A stretch of 64,000 nucleotides of DNA, from the IMG/VR virus record IMGVR_UViG_2772190613_000004, one strand, 5' to 3'. Within the stretch, counting starts at the first letter, position 1. The number at the start of each line of letters is the position of its first letter. Source of the stretch: a virus. The translations under genes were made by a program, and so were the position numbers. The notes below the pieces were generated by a model that saw only the letters and a list, made by a program, of their open reading frames with translations, did no database searches and was not told where the DNA came from. This document shows, one piece after another, positions 9,005 to 19,900 of this stretch.

Positions 9005-9435
9005 TACACCCTGGTCCAAATCCTCGCTGGCGCGGTGGCGAGTTCAAAGTCCTTGGCGTACTTGTTGGTCAGGTTGGTCTCTTTGAGCGTCTTGAGCGCG
9101 GCCCGTGCGTCGGCCTCACCGCCGGGCAGGACGGTCAGCGCCGTCTGCCAGCTCGCGGGGTCGGCCAGCGCCTGGTCCACGATGTCCTCGCGCGCTGCCA
9201 CCGCGGCCTCGTAGGTCTTGAGGTCGGCGATGTACTGGTCCTGCAACGCCTGCTGCTCAGGGGTGAGCACCGGTGGGATGGGGTTGCCCGTCGCCGGGTC
9301 ATAGGTCGGCAGCGGCAGCTCGGGCCGGGCCGGCGGGCTCGGTGGCGCGGGTACGGTGCCGTCGTCCGGCAACGTCGCGACCTGCCAGATCACGGCCCAC
9401 TCGTAGTCGGTGCCCTGCGGCGTCGGGGTGCTCAT
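9004..9435 (-). CDS. proline-rich tail-module protein
   Basis: AGGAG RBS; lies in the tail operon. Confidence 0.75.
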   Translation of the reverse strand: MSTPTPQGTDYEWAVIWQVATLPDDGTVPAPPSPPARPELPLPTYDPATGNPIPPVLTPEQQALQDQYIADLKTYEAAVAAREDIVDQALADPASWQTALTVLPGGEADARAALKTLKETNLTNKYAKDFELATAPARIWTRV

Positions 9436-9444
9436 CGAGGTCTC

Positions 9445-9837
9445 CTAGTTGGCGGCGATCGGGCTGAACGACAACGTGTCAGTGGCGATGCGGATGATGT
9501 CGCCGTTCACGCCGCCCTTCGACACGCTGGCCGCGGCGGTCCACAGGCAGTTCCCTCCGGCCGGGCCAGCGGAATCCCAGAACGACACATAGGCAATCGT
9601 CTCGGTCGCGTTGAGGGTCCACTCGGGGGTCGTATTGGCCGAGATGCTGCCGGACGCCGCCGCGGCAAACGAGAGGGCAAGACGGGCGGTCTGAGCCGAG
9701 GCGCCGTTCGCTCCGGCCGCGCCGGGGTCGGTGAGATGTGCCTTGGCGTAGACCGTGGCGGGCGGGGTGTACGCGACGTTGCGGCACACATGGTCAAGCA
9801 GCTTGTTCGCGAGGTACGCGGTGATGCCAACGGTCAC
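9445..9837 (-). CDS. tail fibre-associated protein
   Basis: YLANKLLDH..YTPPATVY..DPG..WDS..GGNCLW pattern; start placed by the promoter motif. Confidence 0.8.
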   Translation of the reverse strand: MTVGITAYLANKLLDHVCRNVAYTPPATVYAKAHLTDPGAAGANGASAQTARLALSFAAAASGSISANTTPEWTLNATETIAYVSFWDSAGPAGGNCLWTAAASVSKGGVNGDIIRIATDTLSFSPIAAN

Positions 9838-9866
9838 GGCGGTGATGTTGTCAGGGCGGGGTGTAG

Positions 9867-11363
9867 CTACTGGCGGGCAAGGTAACTGGCCTGGCCTCGC
9901 GCGCCCGCTCCGCCAGATCCGAATGTGGTCTGCGCTCCCGCGCCTGCGCCGCCCGGCGCATTCCCCGTCCCGCCGTTGGAGTTCTGCTGAGCGCCGCCGA
10001 TCATCGTGAGACTGCCTTGAGTTCGGTTGCCCGGACTGAGCCCCGCGACTCTGCCTGCATCCGAGGTTGTCGACCCTGCACCGCCCGTCCCGGTCAGCGT
10101 CGCGGCACCCGTGCAAACCGAGGTGGTCGACGCTCCACTGCCGCCGTTGCCGGTGCCGCCGGACGCTCCACCAGTCCCGACGGTCCCGGTGATCGCTGTG
10201 ACGGAGTACGGCACGCCGCCGGGGCCGCGTGTGATGGTGTCGCTGGCGTAGCTGCCTGGGGTACCGCCCGCGCCCCAGACGCAGCAGAAGCCGAGACCTT
10301 TACCGGCGCCGCCGCCGCCGAGGACGATGCGGTCGATGATCTCGCTGTTGCGGGGGAACGTGTAGCTGTAGGCGCCGGTGGCTGTCTGGTCGAACTGGAT
10401 CGGCAGGCCGGTCGGCGGGAACGCGGCGGCCACACCAGCGGACAGGGCGACGGCTTGGGCGAAAGCCAGATCCAGGCGTTTGGCCAACTCTTGAGAACTT
10501 GACAGCGACAGCGCCCGAGACAGGCTCAGCGGTCCTATGCCGGTGAACGTCACACCGCCCGCCAGGCCGACGTCGCGCGACGCCGACAGCGGGCCGATCC
10601 GATCCAGATCCACCACCGCAGCGGTGAGGATCTGCCGCTGCAGATCAAGCACGCGCACCTTGTCCAGACCCACCGTGCGGCCAACGGAAAGCGACTGCGC
10701 CAGATCCACACCGGCGACCCGCAGCAACGTCAATGCCCGGTTCACCGTCACGGTCTGCGCCATGTCCAGCATGGCCAGCTTGGTCAGGCTCACCGAGGCA
10801 CTGGCCACCACGGTCCGCGCCAGGTCCAAGAACTTCAGTGCCATCAGGTCCACGACCCGCCCGGCCTGCACCGTCTGCGCGACGTCGGCCGTGCCGATCT
10901 TGGTCAGGTCGACCTGGCGCCCCGCCGTGATCGTGGTGAGCAGACCGAACGCGGTGAATTGGGCGAGCTCCACCGTGCTGGTCGTGACGATGGGGGCGTT
11001 CACGTCGATGGTCGAGATACGGGTCAGCGCCACCGACCGGGCCAGGGCGACCTGGTGGGCGACGTCGAGGCCACCGAGGGTCGACAGGCCAACCGTGCGG
11101 ATGACAGAGAGACTCTGCTGGGCGGCGATCATGCCGAGCTTCTGCAGGGCCACGCTGCGGTCGAGCGCGACGGCGCGCACCACTCCGAGGTTCTGGAGTT
11201 GGCCCAGCTCGACGGCGCTGACCATGTGCAGGGACAGTGCACCGTCGATGCCGAGCACGGCCCACCAGGACGGCGCGACGACCTGGCTACCGGAGTGGTC
11301 CGGTGCAGCGCCCCAGCCGTTGCGTAGCAACGAGGTGTGAGGGCGATCCGGGAACCAGGGCAT
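9867..11363 (-). CDS. minor tail fibre with periodic repeats and Gly-rich C-terminal domain
   Basis: Repeated LDLAQ/VDL units; GGGGAG, GNAPGGAGAG. Confidence 0.8.
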   Translation of the reverse strand: MPWFPDRPHTSLLRNGWGAAPDHSGSQVVAPSWWAVLGIDGALSLHMVSAVELGQLQNLGVVRAVALDRSVALQKLGMIAAQQSLSVIRTVGLSTLGGLDVAHQVALARSVALTRISTIDVNAPIVTTSTVELAQFTAFGLLTTITAGRQVDLTKIGTADVAQTVQAGRVVDLMALKFLDLARTVVASASVSLTKLAMLDMAQTVTVNRALTLLRVAGVDLAQSLSVGRTVGLDKVRVLDLQRQILTAAVVDLDRIGPLSASRDVGLAGGVTFTGIGPLSLSRALSLSSSQELAKRLDLAFAQAVALSAGVAAAFPPTGLPIQFDQTATGAYSYTFPRNSEIIDRIVLGGGGAGKGLGFCCVWGAGGTPGSYASDTITRGPGGVPYSVTAITGTVGTGGASGGTGNGGSGASTTSVCTGAATLTGTGGAGSTTSDAGRVAGLSPGNRTQGSLTMIGGAQQNSNGGTGNAPGGAGAGAQTTFGSGGAGARGQASYLARQ

Positions 11364-11448
11364 GGATGCTCATCTCACTGGCCCAGCGTGCACCGGCTGA
11401 CTGTCGCAGTCGTCAATACATCGAGCCGGTTGATGGCATCATGAGCGC

Positions 11449-11775
11449 GTGGGGAGACCGCCAATCGGATGTCCAATCGACGATTGCGACGGCGCACACC
11501 TGGCTGAGAGGGTGTGTCACTTCGAGGACGGCAAGGTTTACGCCCGCGGGCTGTGCAGTTGGCATTACCACCGGTTCCTCAAGGGCAGACCGTTGGAGCC
11601 TCCGAAACGCCACGAGGGACGCACCCGCGTCCTCACCGCGGATGACGTCGAACAGATCCGCCAATTGCGGGCGAAGCCGGGTTACCAACACCAGGAACTG
11701 GCCGAGATGTTCGGCGTAAGCGAGTCCGCGATCAGTCACATCTTCACCGGCCGAACATGGTCGCGAACGGACTAG
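11449..11775 (+). CDS. Zn-finger + HTH DNA-binding protein, antisense to the tail genes
   Basis: ARGLCSWHY; LTADDVEQIR..ELAEMFGVSESAISHIFTGRTW. Confidence 0.8.
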   Translation: MGRPPIGCPIDDCDGAHLAERVCHFEDGKVYARGLCSWHYHRFLKGRPLEPPKRHEGRTRVLTADDVEQIRQLRAKPGYQHQELAEMFGVSESAISHIFTGRTWSRTD

Positions 11776-12329
11776 AAGAACGCGAAAAACCTTCCCGTAT
11801 CGGCAGGTATCGGCGGGATATCAGTCGGCAAGTTGATGTTGTCAACCTCGGACAGATCACTGCCAACCCCGCTCTGAATTAGCGCCATCCTCACAGTGGA
11901 GGGCAGCGGGTTCGCCGCCGTTCCTCGCGATGTCCAGTTCGATCCGTCTGGCGACGTCTCCAAAATTAGGGTGCCTGACTCGTCTCGCAGCTTCCACCAC
12001 CGGAGCGCCGCCGGGTCAAGAGGCCCTGTGTGGATCAGAAACTCCGTCGCCAACAGGTCGACAACGCCGATGCCGCCGATACCGTCCAACCCGAACTGGA
12101 TTGCCGTCGAGAAGTCAGCCGAATACAGGGTAGGGGCCGGATTGCCTCGAACAATCTCAAGCAGCAGATGCGAGTCGGTGAACTCGTAGTCGCTTTGCGC
12201 TTCCAGGTAGTCGTCTTCGCCGAGGTGCAGTGTGCCGCCGCTGACATACGGGCCACCGCCCAGTATCGCCCACTTGATGGTGGTGTCCAGGGTGGTGAAA
12301 TCATCGGTGAGGGTTTCAAGTTTCGCCAT
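11772..12329 (-). CDS. minor tail protein, lectin-like, ending GRFFAFF
   Basis: LTDDF, WWKLRD, ETSPDGSNW; coupled to the upstream gene. Confidence 0.75.
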   Translation of the reverse strand: MAKLETLTDDFTTLDTTIKWAILGGGPYVSGGTLHLGEDDYLEAQSDYEFTDSHLLLEIVRGNPAPTLYSADFSTAIQFGLDGIGGIGVVDLLATEFLIHTGPLDPAALRWWKLRDESGTLILETSPDGSNWTSRGTAANPLPSTVRMALIQSGVGSDLSEVDNINLPTDIPPIPADTGRFFAFF

Positions 12330-14380
12330 CAGACCTCCTGGCCTACAGCGATCACATCGAGCACGGAGTCGGCGGCGTTCCACTTGCAGCCGACATAGAG
12401 CCATTTCCCGGCAACCGTTGTTGTTGGCAGAGTTACGCCAATAGGTCTAAACCATGAAGCGCCGCCGCCGATAGTGGCCCACCCCAATGGGACCGCGGTT
12501 CCGGTGTCCTTGATCCGAATAAGTAAGGACTGACCGTCAAGGGGAGAACCGGAGAACTGCCAGCCGATACTAGTCCCTACAGGCACGGAGAGGTTCAACT
12601 GCTCGGTGGTATTCAGGTTGATGGTTCCAACAGCTCCGCCTGCGCTTGTCATCGACACCACTTTCGGTGCCGAGACAGGCAACTGCGTCCGCCTCAATAG
12701 CGCGTTGGTGTCCAGCGTCGGAACATTGCTGGCCGTGTCGGTCACCAACAACGACGTTGCAACCTTCCCCGACCCATTCAACCCCGCCACACCATTGTTG
12801 ACGTTCGTCTCCAAATAGCTCGTCGGCACCTTAGACGATGAATTCAGCGGGGCAACGCCATTCGCGGAACCCTTCTGCGACAGCGGAATGGCGTTCGACG
12901 ATCCGCCGCCGAACCATTGATTCCACCAATCTTTCACCGACTGCACGATGGAGTTGACCGGCGTCACAACATTGTTGTTGAAGATGTCGCCGATCTGATT
13001 CAACGTTGTCTGCAACGAACCCAGATCGCTAGGCAGATTAGTGATTATCGACTGCGGGGCTGTCCCATTCGCCGTCGACAATTTCGTGACATCGAACAGA
13101 CCACCGGAAGTCAAGAACTGAATCTTGTTCGTCAAACCAGCAATCAGCGACTGCGGGAGGCTTCCCAACACACTGGCCGGATTATTGGCCAGCGCATTAC
13201 GAAGCGTGTCCCACTGCCCCGACAGCCAGTTGTTCCAGTCACCGATACCAAGTTTGTCGGACAAGGCGCCGAGTGCGTTTTGCGCGTTGGCGAACGCGTC
13301 CTCGGCGGCGTCCTGCAGATCCGACAGGCCATCCTGGAAGTCGAGCAGCTTATCCGCCAGACTGCCCAATGCCGGGATGCCCAGCGCACCCAACCCGGCG
13401 TTGACCGTGGCCTCGATCCACCCGAACAGTGACTGGAGATCCGCGGGCAGATCCTTGACGTACATCTGCAGGAAACTGCCGGTCTTGCGGGCCTCGGCGT
13501 CGTCGAACTTCACAGTTCCCGCTGTGGCGCTGGCCATTACGGTCAGCTCGACGGTGACGAGCACCGCGGTGTCCGGCACCGTGTAGGTGCCGCTGATCGT
13601 GGTGCCCCACCCGTTGGTGCCGCCGCTGTTGCCTGACGGGCTGGCCACCGACGCCACCATCGTGGGGGCGCCGCCGATCATCACGCCGCTTGCGTCGTAG
13701 GCGGCGACGTTGAGCCGGATCGCATCACTGCCTGCCAACGCTGTCAGGCCAACCCATTTCACCGCCACCGACAGGTTGAGCTTGTCGTCCTTGGCGACCT
13801 GGATGTCGTTGCTGTAGATGACGTGCGAGGTGCCGTCGGCCGTTGTGACGGCACAGCCGGGCTGGCTGCGGCCGTCCGTGTCGTCGTGGGCCCAGTCCGG
13901 CAGGCCCAGCAGGGTGTCGCCGGTGTCGAACCCGCCGTCGAGGATCAGGTTGCGGTTGATGTCTCGGATATGCGTCAGCGGTATCAACGGGATCCGGTCG
14001 GCGCTGATCGGGCCGCCCAGTTCGATGCGGAAGAAATCGGACAGGCTCTTGAGCGCATCAACCGGATTCAGCTGCCCGGTGAGCTTCTCGTAAAGCTCCT
14101 GCCACGCCGACGTTTTCGCCTCGTTGACGACCTCTTCACGGTCAGTGCTGGTGAAGCCGCGCAGGCTGCCCAGGTCGACCGACACCGGGCCAGTGGGGTT
14201 GTCCAGGTTGACGGACTGGCCGGGCCGCGTCGCGATCAGTTTCCCGTCGACAGAATTGATCACCCAGTCCGACACTCGCAGTGACCGCGGGTTCTCGAGC
14301 ACGTCGAGCCGACGTGAAATCTGCCGCGCCCATTCCTGATCGGTGCGCGCGGGACGCTGCAGGGTCGCGACGCCGCTCAT
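12329..14380 (-). CDS. large minor tail / receptor-binding protein
   Basis: NLILDGGF..FDDA CBM-like domain, helical stalk, GVAPL/GVAGL repeats. Confidence 0.85.
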   Translation of the reverse strand: MSGVATLQRPARTDQEWARQISRRLDVLENPRSLRVSDWVINSVDGKLIATRPGQSVNLDNPTGPVSVDLGSLRGFTSTDREEVVNEAKTSAWQELYEKLTGQLNPVDALKSLSDFFRIELGGPISADRIPLIPLTHIRDINRNLILDGGFDTGDTLLGLPDWAHDDTDGRSQPGCAVTTADGTSHVIYSNDIQVAKDDKLNLSVAVKWVGLTALAGSDAIRLNVAAYDASGVMIGGAPTMVASVASPSGNSGGTNGWGTTISGTYTVPDTAVLVTVELTVMASATAGTVKFDDAEARKTGSFLQMYVKDLPADLQSLFGWIEATVNAGLGALGIPALGSLADKLLDFQDGLSDLQDAAEDAFANAQNALGALSDKLGIGDWNNWLSGQWDTLRNALANNPASVLGSLPQSLIAGLTNKIQFLTSGGLFDVTKLSTANGTAPQSIITNLPSDLGSLQTTLNQIGDIFNNNVVTPVNSIVQSVKDWWNQWFGGGSSNAIPLSQKGSANGVAPLNSSSKVPTSYLETNVNNGVAGLNGSGKVATSLLVTDTASNVPTLDTNALLRRTQLPVSAPKVVSMTSAGGAVGTINLNTTEQLNLSVPVGTSIGWQFSGSPLDGQSLLIRIKDTGTAVPLGWATIGGGASWFRPIGVTLPTTTVAGKWLYVGCKWNAADSVLDVIAVGQEV

Positions 14381-15426
14381 CGACGGCCCCGCTGCGCCTG
14401 CTGATCAAGCTCAACCAACTCGGGCAGATCGTCGTTCACCGACTCCAGATCGATCCCGACGGTCACCCCGCTCGAAGAGCAGTTCACCGTCACCCCAGCC
14501 AGTTCCATGGTCGACAACAGCCCGTACGCCTCCACATTCAGCCGCACCGACGGCACCAGCAGTTGCATGGAGATTGGCGTGTCACGGTGCAGCGACGAAC
14601 CCGGCGGCACCTTGATGGCGTCACGGATAACCCCGTTGTAACGGGCGTACTTGTACGCCTCCCGATCAGTGTTGGACACCCCGAACATCGAGTCGATGTT
14701 CACGATGCTCTGCAGGCTCAGACCACCCATTTCGACTCGGCCGCGTGACACCGCGTCCGCGGCGCGCAACAGCACATCGTTCGACGTATTGGAGCCGTCG
14801 CGGATCACCGACAGTCCGCCGTCGACGAAGTCGTCCTCGCTCAGCGTCGCGACCGCTTCGAACTTCGCCGGGCCGAGCAGTGGAATGCCGGCCACCACCG
14901 ACCAGTACAGGCCGCGGTCGGTCAGGTCCTTGATGACGTTGTCGGTCATCGCGGTGTCTGCGGTGCAGGAGAATTCGAACCGGTCACCACGCGGGTCGGG
15001 CCGCGAGATCGGTTTGATGTTCAGGCCGTGGTGGTCGATCGCCGCGTCCCACAGTTCCCGCGCGACCTCGGCCGGGTCGGCGGCGTCCCACCGTTTCGTC
15101 AGCGGGCACCGTGTGCGGCCCATCAGCGAGCTCGCGTCGCGCGCCGACAGCGCCAGCCAGTCGCGACCCTGCTCGGCGGACTGGATCGGGCCGGACCAAT
15201 AGAGTTCGCGGCCCTGACCGTCCCACACGTCCACCCAGTGCATCCACGGCGTGATGTCCGGGATCCGCACGTAACCGGCCTTCGGTGGAACACCCAGGTT
15301 GCAGATCGACACTTCCCGCAGCTCCCGGGTCCACTTCAACTGTGAATAGCCACTCGACAGGAACTGGTAGAGCTGCTTGCCGCTGGCGGTGCGGACCGAC
15401 ACGATCTGCTCATCCGAGACGATCAC
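14377..15426 (-). CDS. minor tail protein (baseplate hub-like)
   Basis: WTREL, PWMH, WSGPI motifs; position after the distal tail gene. Confidence 0.8.
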   Translation of the reverse strand: MIVSDEQIVSVRTASGKQLYQFLSSGYSQLKWTRELREVSICNLGVPPKAGYVRIPDITPWMHWVDVWDGQGRELYWSGPIQSAEQGRDWLALSARDASSLMGRTRCPLTKRWDAADPAEVARELWDAAIDHHGLNIKPISRPDPRGDRFEFSCTADTAMTDNVIKDLTDRGLYWSVVAGIPLLGPAKFEAVATLSEDDFVDGGLSVIRDGSNTSNDVLLRAADAVSRGRVEMGGLSLQSIVNIDSMFGVSNTDREAYKYARYNGVIRDAIKVPPGSSLHRDTPISMQLLVPSVRLNVEAYGLLSTMELAGVTVNCSSSGVTVGIDLESVNDDLPELVELDQQAQRGRR

Positions 15427-15430
15427 GGCT

Positions 15431-16921
15431 CTATGCCTCCCGGTCGGTCAGCACCATGTCGACCTCGAATTCAGCGGTGCTGGCGGCCTGGATGATGAAG
15501 TCCCAGCAGCCTTCCCGGTCGATCACCGGTGGCCGCCACGGCGCACCGTTCGGCGTTCCGACCACGCCGATCACCGCGCGGGTCCGTTCGTCGTAGTGCG
15601 CCCAATACCGGCCCGTGATGCCGTCGAGCACCAGTTCCGCCCCGGCCGGCAGACCAGAGATCTGCAGGGGGAACCGGTTGTCCTCGCAGCGGATGTCCGA
15701 GCCGCATTCACGCCAGAACGCCTGCAGCGTCAGGGATGTCTCGCCGGTGTTGCGGATGATCGTCGTCACCACGGTCTCTCGGCAGCGGAACGCGTAATCC
15801 ATCGTCGGCACCCGGAAGCTGTACTTGTCGATCTCCCCGACGGGCAGGCAGCCGCCGCACACCGGCGGCGGCGTCGTGATCGCGGCGATCTCTTCCGGTG
15901 CGCATTCGGTGGAGAACATGACGGGCATGTCGACGCACGTCTCCGGCTTCTCGCAGTCGGCGGCGTGAATCCAGTTGATCGACTGGCGGGTGATCTCGTC
16001 CCAATCCACCGATACCGAAACGCCGGGAAGGTAGGCGTAGGGGCTCAGAACGGTCATCTCCCAGGAGATCCGGTAGAGGGTGGCCTGTTGGTGCTGGCGG
16101 GGCTCTGTGTTGACCTCCTCGACGATCGTGGGGGCTTTCGTCAGGACGACGCCGTGCACCTCACGCACCAGGCCGGCCGGGTCCACCGCGGAGTGCGATG
16201 GCGACGCCGCCAGGTACCGCAGCGTGCTGGTGGTGTTGTCCGTGGTGTCGCGCAGTAGGCACGACAGCCACTGCAGCCCGTACTCCACGCCGGCGTGGGT
16301 GCAGGCGATCAGCAGCGCCTCGAACGTCAGCGTGCGGGCTGTGTCGCGGCTCGGCCCGGCCGCCGAGCCCGGCCCTGCCATCGGGGTGATGGACCGCTCC
16401 ACCGGTGTCGGGCCCAGGCCGTCGAGGCGTGTCAGCCACACACCGCCGAACTCGCCCGACTCCGGCAGTTGGGTGGTGTACCACGGCGCCAACTCGGGCC
16501 GATACTCCGTGTCGCCCAGGAACTCCCGCAGACCGGGCCAGGTGTCGTCGTAGACCACCGCGGTGGAGCACGACGAACAGATCGCGGCGGGCCCCCAGCA
16601 GGTGCCGTCGACCTCGAACAGGCCGGGCCCGTAGCGGCGAGCACCGTTGGGTGGCGTCAGCAGCCCGGGTGACACCTCGACAGAGCTGTCGGGGATCTCG
16701 AACATGCCCGGGTAGTCGACGGACTCGACCAACGCGCACGGCCCGCCGCCGGGGTTCAGGTCATCGCCGGGGTACACGTCCCCGCCGGGATACGTGGCCC
16801 CCGAGTCGGTGATGAAGATCCCGACGTCGCTGGTCGGTGTCTCGGCGCCCAGGTGGGCGATCAGCCGTGAGGTGTTGGCGATCTCGACGCCGTTGAGTCC
16901 GATCCATCCTCTGTAGGCCAT
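15431..16921 (-). CDS. minor tail protein (distal tail-like)
   Basis: MAYRGWIGLNGVEIAN, APWY..PESGEFGG; follows the tape measure gene. Confidence 0.85.
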   Translation of the reverse strand: MAYRGWIGLNGVEIANTSRLIAHLGAETPTSDVGIFITDSGATYPGGDVYPGDDLNPGGGPCALVESVDYPGMFEIPDSSVEVSPGLLTPPNGARRYGPGLFEVDGTCWGPAAICSSCSTAVVYDDTWPGLREFLGDTEYRPELAPWYTTQLPESGEFGGVWLTRLDGLGPTPVERSITPMAGPGSAAGPSRDTARTLTFEALLIACTHAGVEYGLQWLSCLLRDTTDNTTSTLRYLAASPSHSAVDPAGLVREVHGVVLTKAPTIVEEVNTEPRQHQQATLYRISWEMTVLSPYAYLPGVSVSVDWDEITRQSINWIHAADCEKPETCVDMPVMFSTECAPEEIAAITTPPPVCGGCLPVGEIDKYSFRVPTMDYAFRCRETVVTTIIRNTGETSLTLQAFWRECGSDIRCEDNRFPLQISGLPAGAELVLDGITGRYWAHYDERTRAVIGVVGTPNGAPWRPPVIDREGCWDFIIQAASTAEFEVDMVLTDREA

Positions 16922-19900
16922 CAGCTCATCAACTCCAGTAGCGAGTCGCGGACGCGGCGGCCGGCTTCGGGTCCGCCGTCAACGTGAATCTGGGCCTGCA
17001 CCAACGTCTGGCCGGACTGACCACCACCGCCGTTGCGTTCGAGCGCGGAGACCATCCGCGCGAACAGGGCAGTCTGTTCAGGGTTGAGCACCCGCTCAGG
17101 TCGGATCGTCGCCTTCGGCATCATGCCCACACCGTTGGCGACACCCCCGTTGTCGAACGACGCGCCACCGACGATCGCGGCCAACGGTGCGAACAGTCCC
17201 GACAGTCCGCCGGTGAGTGCGCCGATCATCGCCAACGGCATCGCCAGCGCCGCGGTGATCGGCGCCGCGATGAGGTTCTCCATCATGGCGCCACCGAAAA
17301 TGCCGGTCATCACGCCGGGGAACGATGACTGCAGACTCTCGGCCGTGATGTTGATCAGCTGCTCGCTGATCGCCAACGCCAGATCGGTTCCCACCTCAGC
17401 GGCGATATCCACACCAGCCGAACCTGCCGACGAAATCAGCGACGACACCACACTGCCCGCGCCCGGGGCCTGACTGTTGACCGCGGCGCCGGCGGCCGAT
17501 GCGCCAGCATTGATGGCCGCGTTGGCGACCGCCTTGCTCAGCGGGACGATGACCTTTTCGATGATGTACTTGATCAGCGCCTGGATGACGATCTTGAGGA
17601 TCCGGATGCGTTCCTGCGCAGCGATTTCCTCGCTCGACTGCGACCGGTCCATCAACGCGCTCGTGTCGTTGAGCAGGCGGCCCGACGCGTCGAACGCCTG
17701 GAAATCCCCACGGAACTTGCGGAATTCGTCGGTCATCTCGTTGAGGGTGTCGCGGGCCTCGATCTGCACACCGAGCACCTGCAGCAGCACCCGCACGAGC
17801 AGGTTTACGATCGCGCCGAGGATCGGGACCTGGGACACCCCAAAGAACTCTGCGCCCACGGTGTCGTTCACGATGACACCGCCACCGGTGGCGAACCCGG
17901 GGGCATTGTGCAACGCGCGGCGGAACGCGTAGACGCCTGCGTGGCCGCCCATCGCGTTCACGTCGTCGACGGTGAGCATGTGCTCGCCGGGCATGGCCAT
18001 GATGGGTACCGAGTCCTTGCCTGGCACACCGCCCCAGATCGGGCCGCCCGTGGCCTTGCCGGCTGCGGCTTGCACACCGTTGACGGCGTCGGCGGCCAGG
18101 CTCGTGCCGGTGGAGTTGCTCGGGATGGCCGACCTGACAGCGTCGGCGATAGGCGGGGCCGCGGCCTGGCCCATCGCGGTGCCGATCGCCGCGCTCACAC
18201 TGTCTTTCAGGCCCTCGAGAGCGTTCTGCACACCGGTCTTGACGATCGGCTCCAGTGCCTCGTCGTTGAGTTTCTTGTTGGTCTGCTCGATCACGCCAAC
18301 CAATTGCTCACGCATGGCTACCAGCTGAGCGTTGAGATTGCTGAACGTGCGGTCCAGCAGTGACGACGTATCGGAGAACACCCGCCCGGTGGAGTCGAAC
18401 GCCGGTCCGTCGTTCTTCATGACGTCGCCGCCGTCGCCGCCCTGGCGGGTGAAGTCCTCCACGTTGAGGCCGAGCGCCTTGGCCAGTGCGAGCGGGTTAC
18501 GTTCCCGCACGAGCTTGTTCAGCTCGGCGTAGGTGGCGTTTTTCGTGTTCCACGGTTCCTGGCCAAGGCCGGCGACGGCGCTCATCGCATCGCCGGTCAC
18601 GTTGGCTGCTGCTTGGCCGCCGCCCTGGCCGAGCGCGTCGAGGATCGACCCGCCCAGGCCGGTCATCTTGCCGTCGAAGTTGGTGACGTACACGGGCACC
18701 ACACCGCCCGCGCCACCCAGTCCAGCAGTTGACAGACCCATGGGCACAGCGCCATTCACCGGCAGTGACCAGTGTTCGGTGAACTGCTTGTCGCCCGCCC
18801 CGACTGCGTTGCCGCCGTACGTTGCGCCCTGGCCAGTACCGCCGCCGGACTCGAAGTTCACACCGTTGGGCAGGGTCGCCGCCATGTGCCCCGAGTTGAA
18901 ACCGATCTGCAGAGTGCCCGGGATCAGGCCGGGCGTCGCACCGAGGGACTTGAGCACGCTGGCGGCGTCAGCCGTGGAGAACAATCGCTCTGGCCCAGCC
19001 TGGCCCTTCGTGATCAGCTCCACCAGATCGGACACCGCACCGGAGCAATCGGACAGGCCCTTGGCGAGATCGGAAGCTCCCCAGCTGTACTGGCCGCCGC
19101 TCGTCTGCTGAGCAAAGGCGCTGACCGCGTCCATGGGCAGCCCGGACATGGGTACACCCGTCGGGCCCGCCACGTTCGCGTAGCCGCCCCGCGCGCTGGT
19201 GGATCGGCCGGGTCCCTTGGCCAGCTTGTCGCGGAACGTCTGAAGGGAGCTGATTAGGCTGCTGTTCGAACTGTCGAGTGTGCCGGTGTATCCGCCGCCG
19301 CCGACCACCTGCGTGACGAGGTCGGCGATCGCGTCGCCGCCGAGCGCGCCCTTTTTCTTGTTCCGCGCCGTCGTGATCGCCTTGACGACAGGATCGTTCG
19401 CGTCGAGACCCAAGCTGGTCAGGTCGGAGCCGAGGTTGCCCGATCGTGCGAATGCTGACAGCACCGCCGCATACTTCGCGAAGTCCGCGCCACCACCCGG
19501 CAGGCCAGCAGCGGTCATGATGGGATTCGGCAGGATGCCGCCCTGCGCCACGGTCAGCGTCGCCGGATCGGCGCCCAGCCACTTTTCCGGGTCGCCGCCA
19601 AGCGCCTGAATCGCCGCCGCAGCAGCCTCGTAGCCGCGGTGACGCGGCTTGATCGGAGTACCGAACGGGCCGAGCTGCTGGCCGGTGGCCCCGGCCTTGT
19701 CGACCGCGGTGCTCATGTTGCTGGTGTTCGCAGCCGTCGCCGCCAACGGATTGCTGGCCGTGCCGCCCTTGCCGGCCAACAGATCCCGTATCTGAGTCAG
19801 CAGCCCCAGCACAGTGGTGTCCTCGGGCAGTCCCGGCATTCCGCCGACCACACCGCCGTCGGCGTAGCCGCTGCGCGAGATGCCATTGCGGAACGACGAG

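Noticed and set aside
4385-14380. DGR or invertible tail-fibre shufflon
   Set aside because: No reverse transcriptase, TR/VR pair or inverted crossover sites seen; the serine recombinase is about 28 kb away with a res-type site
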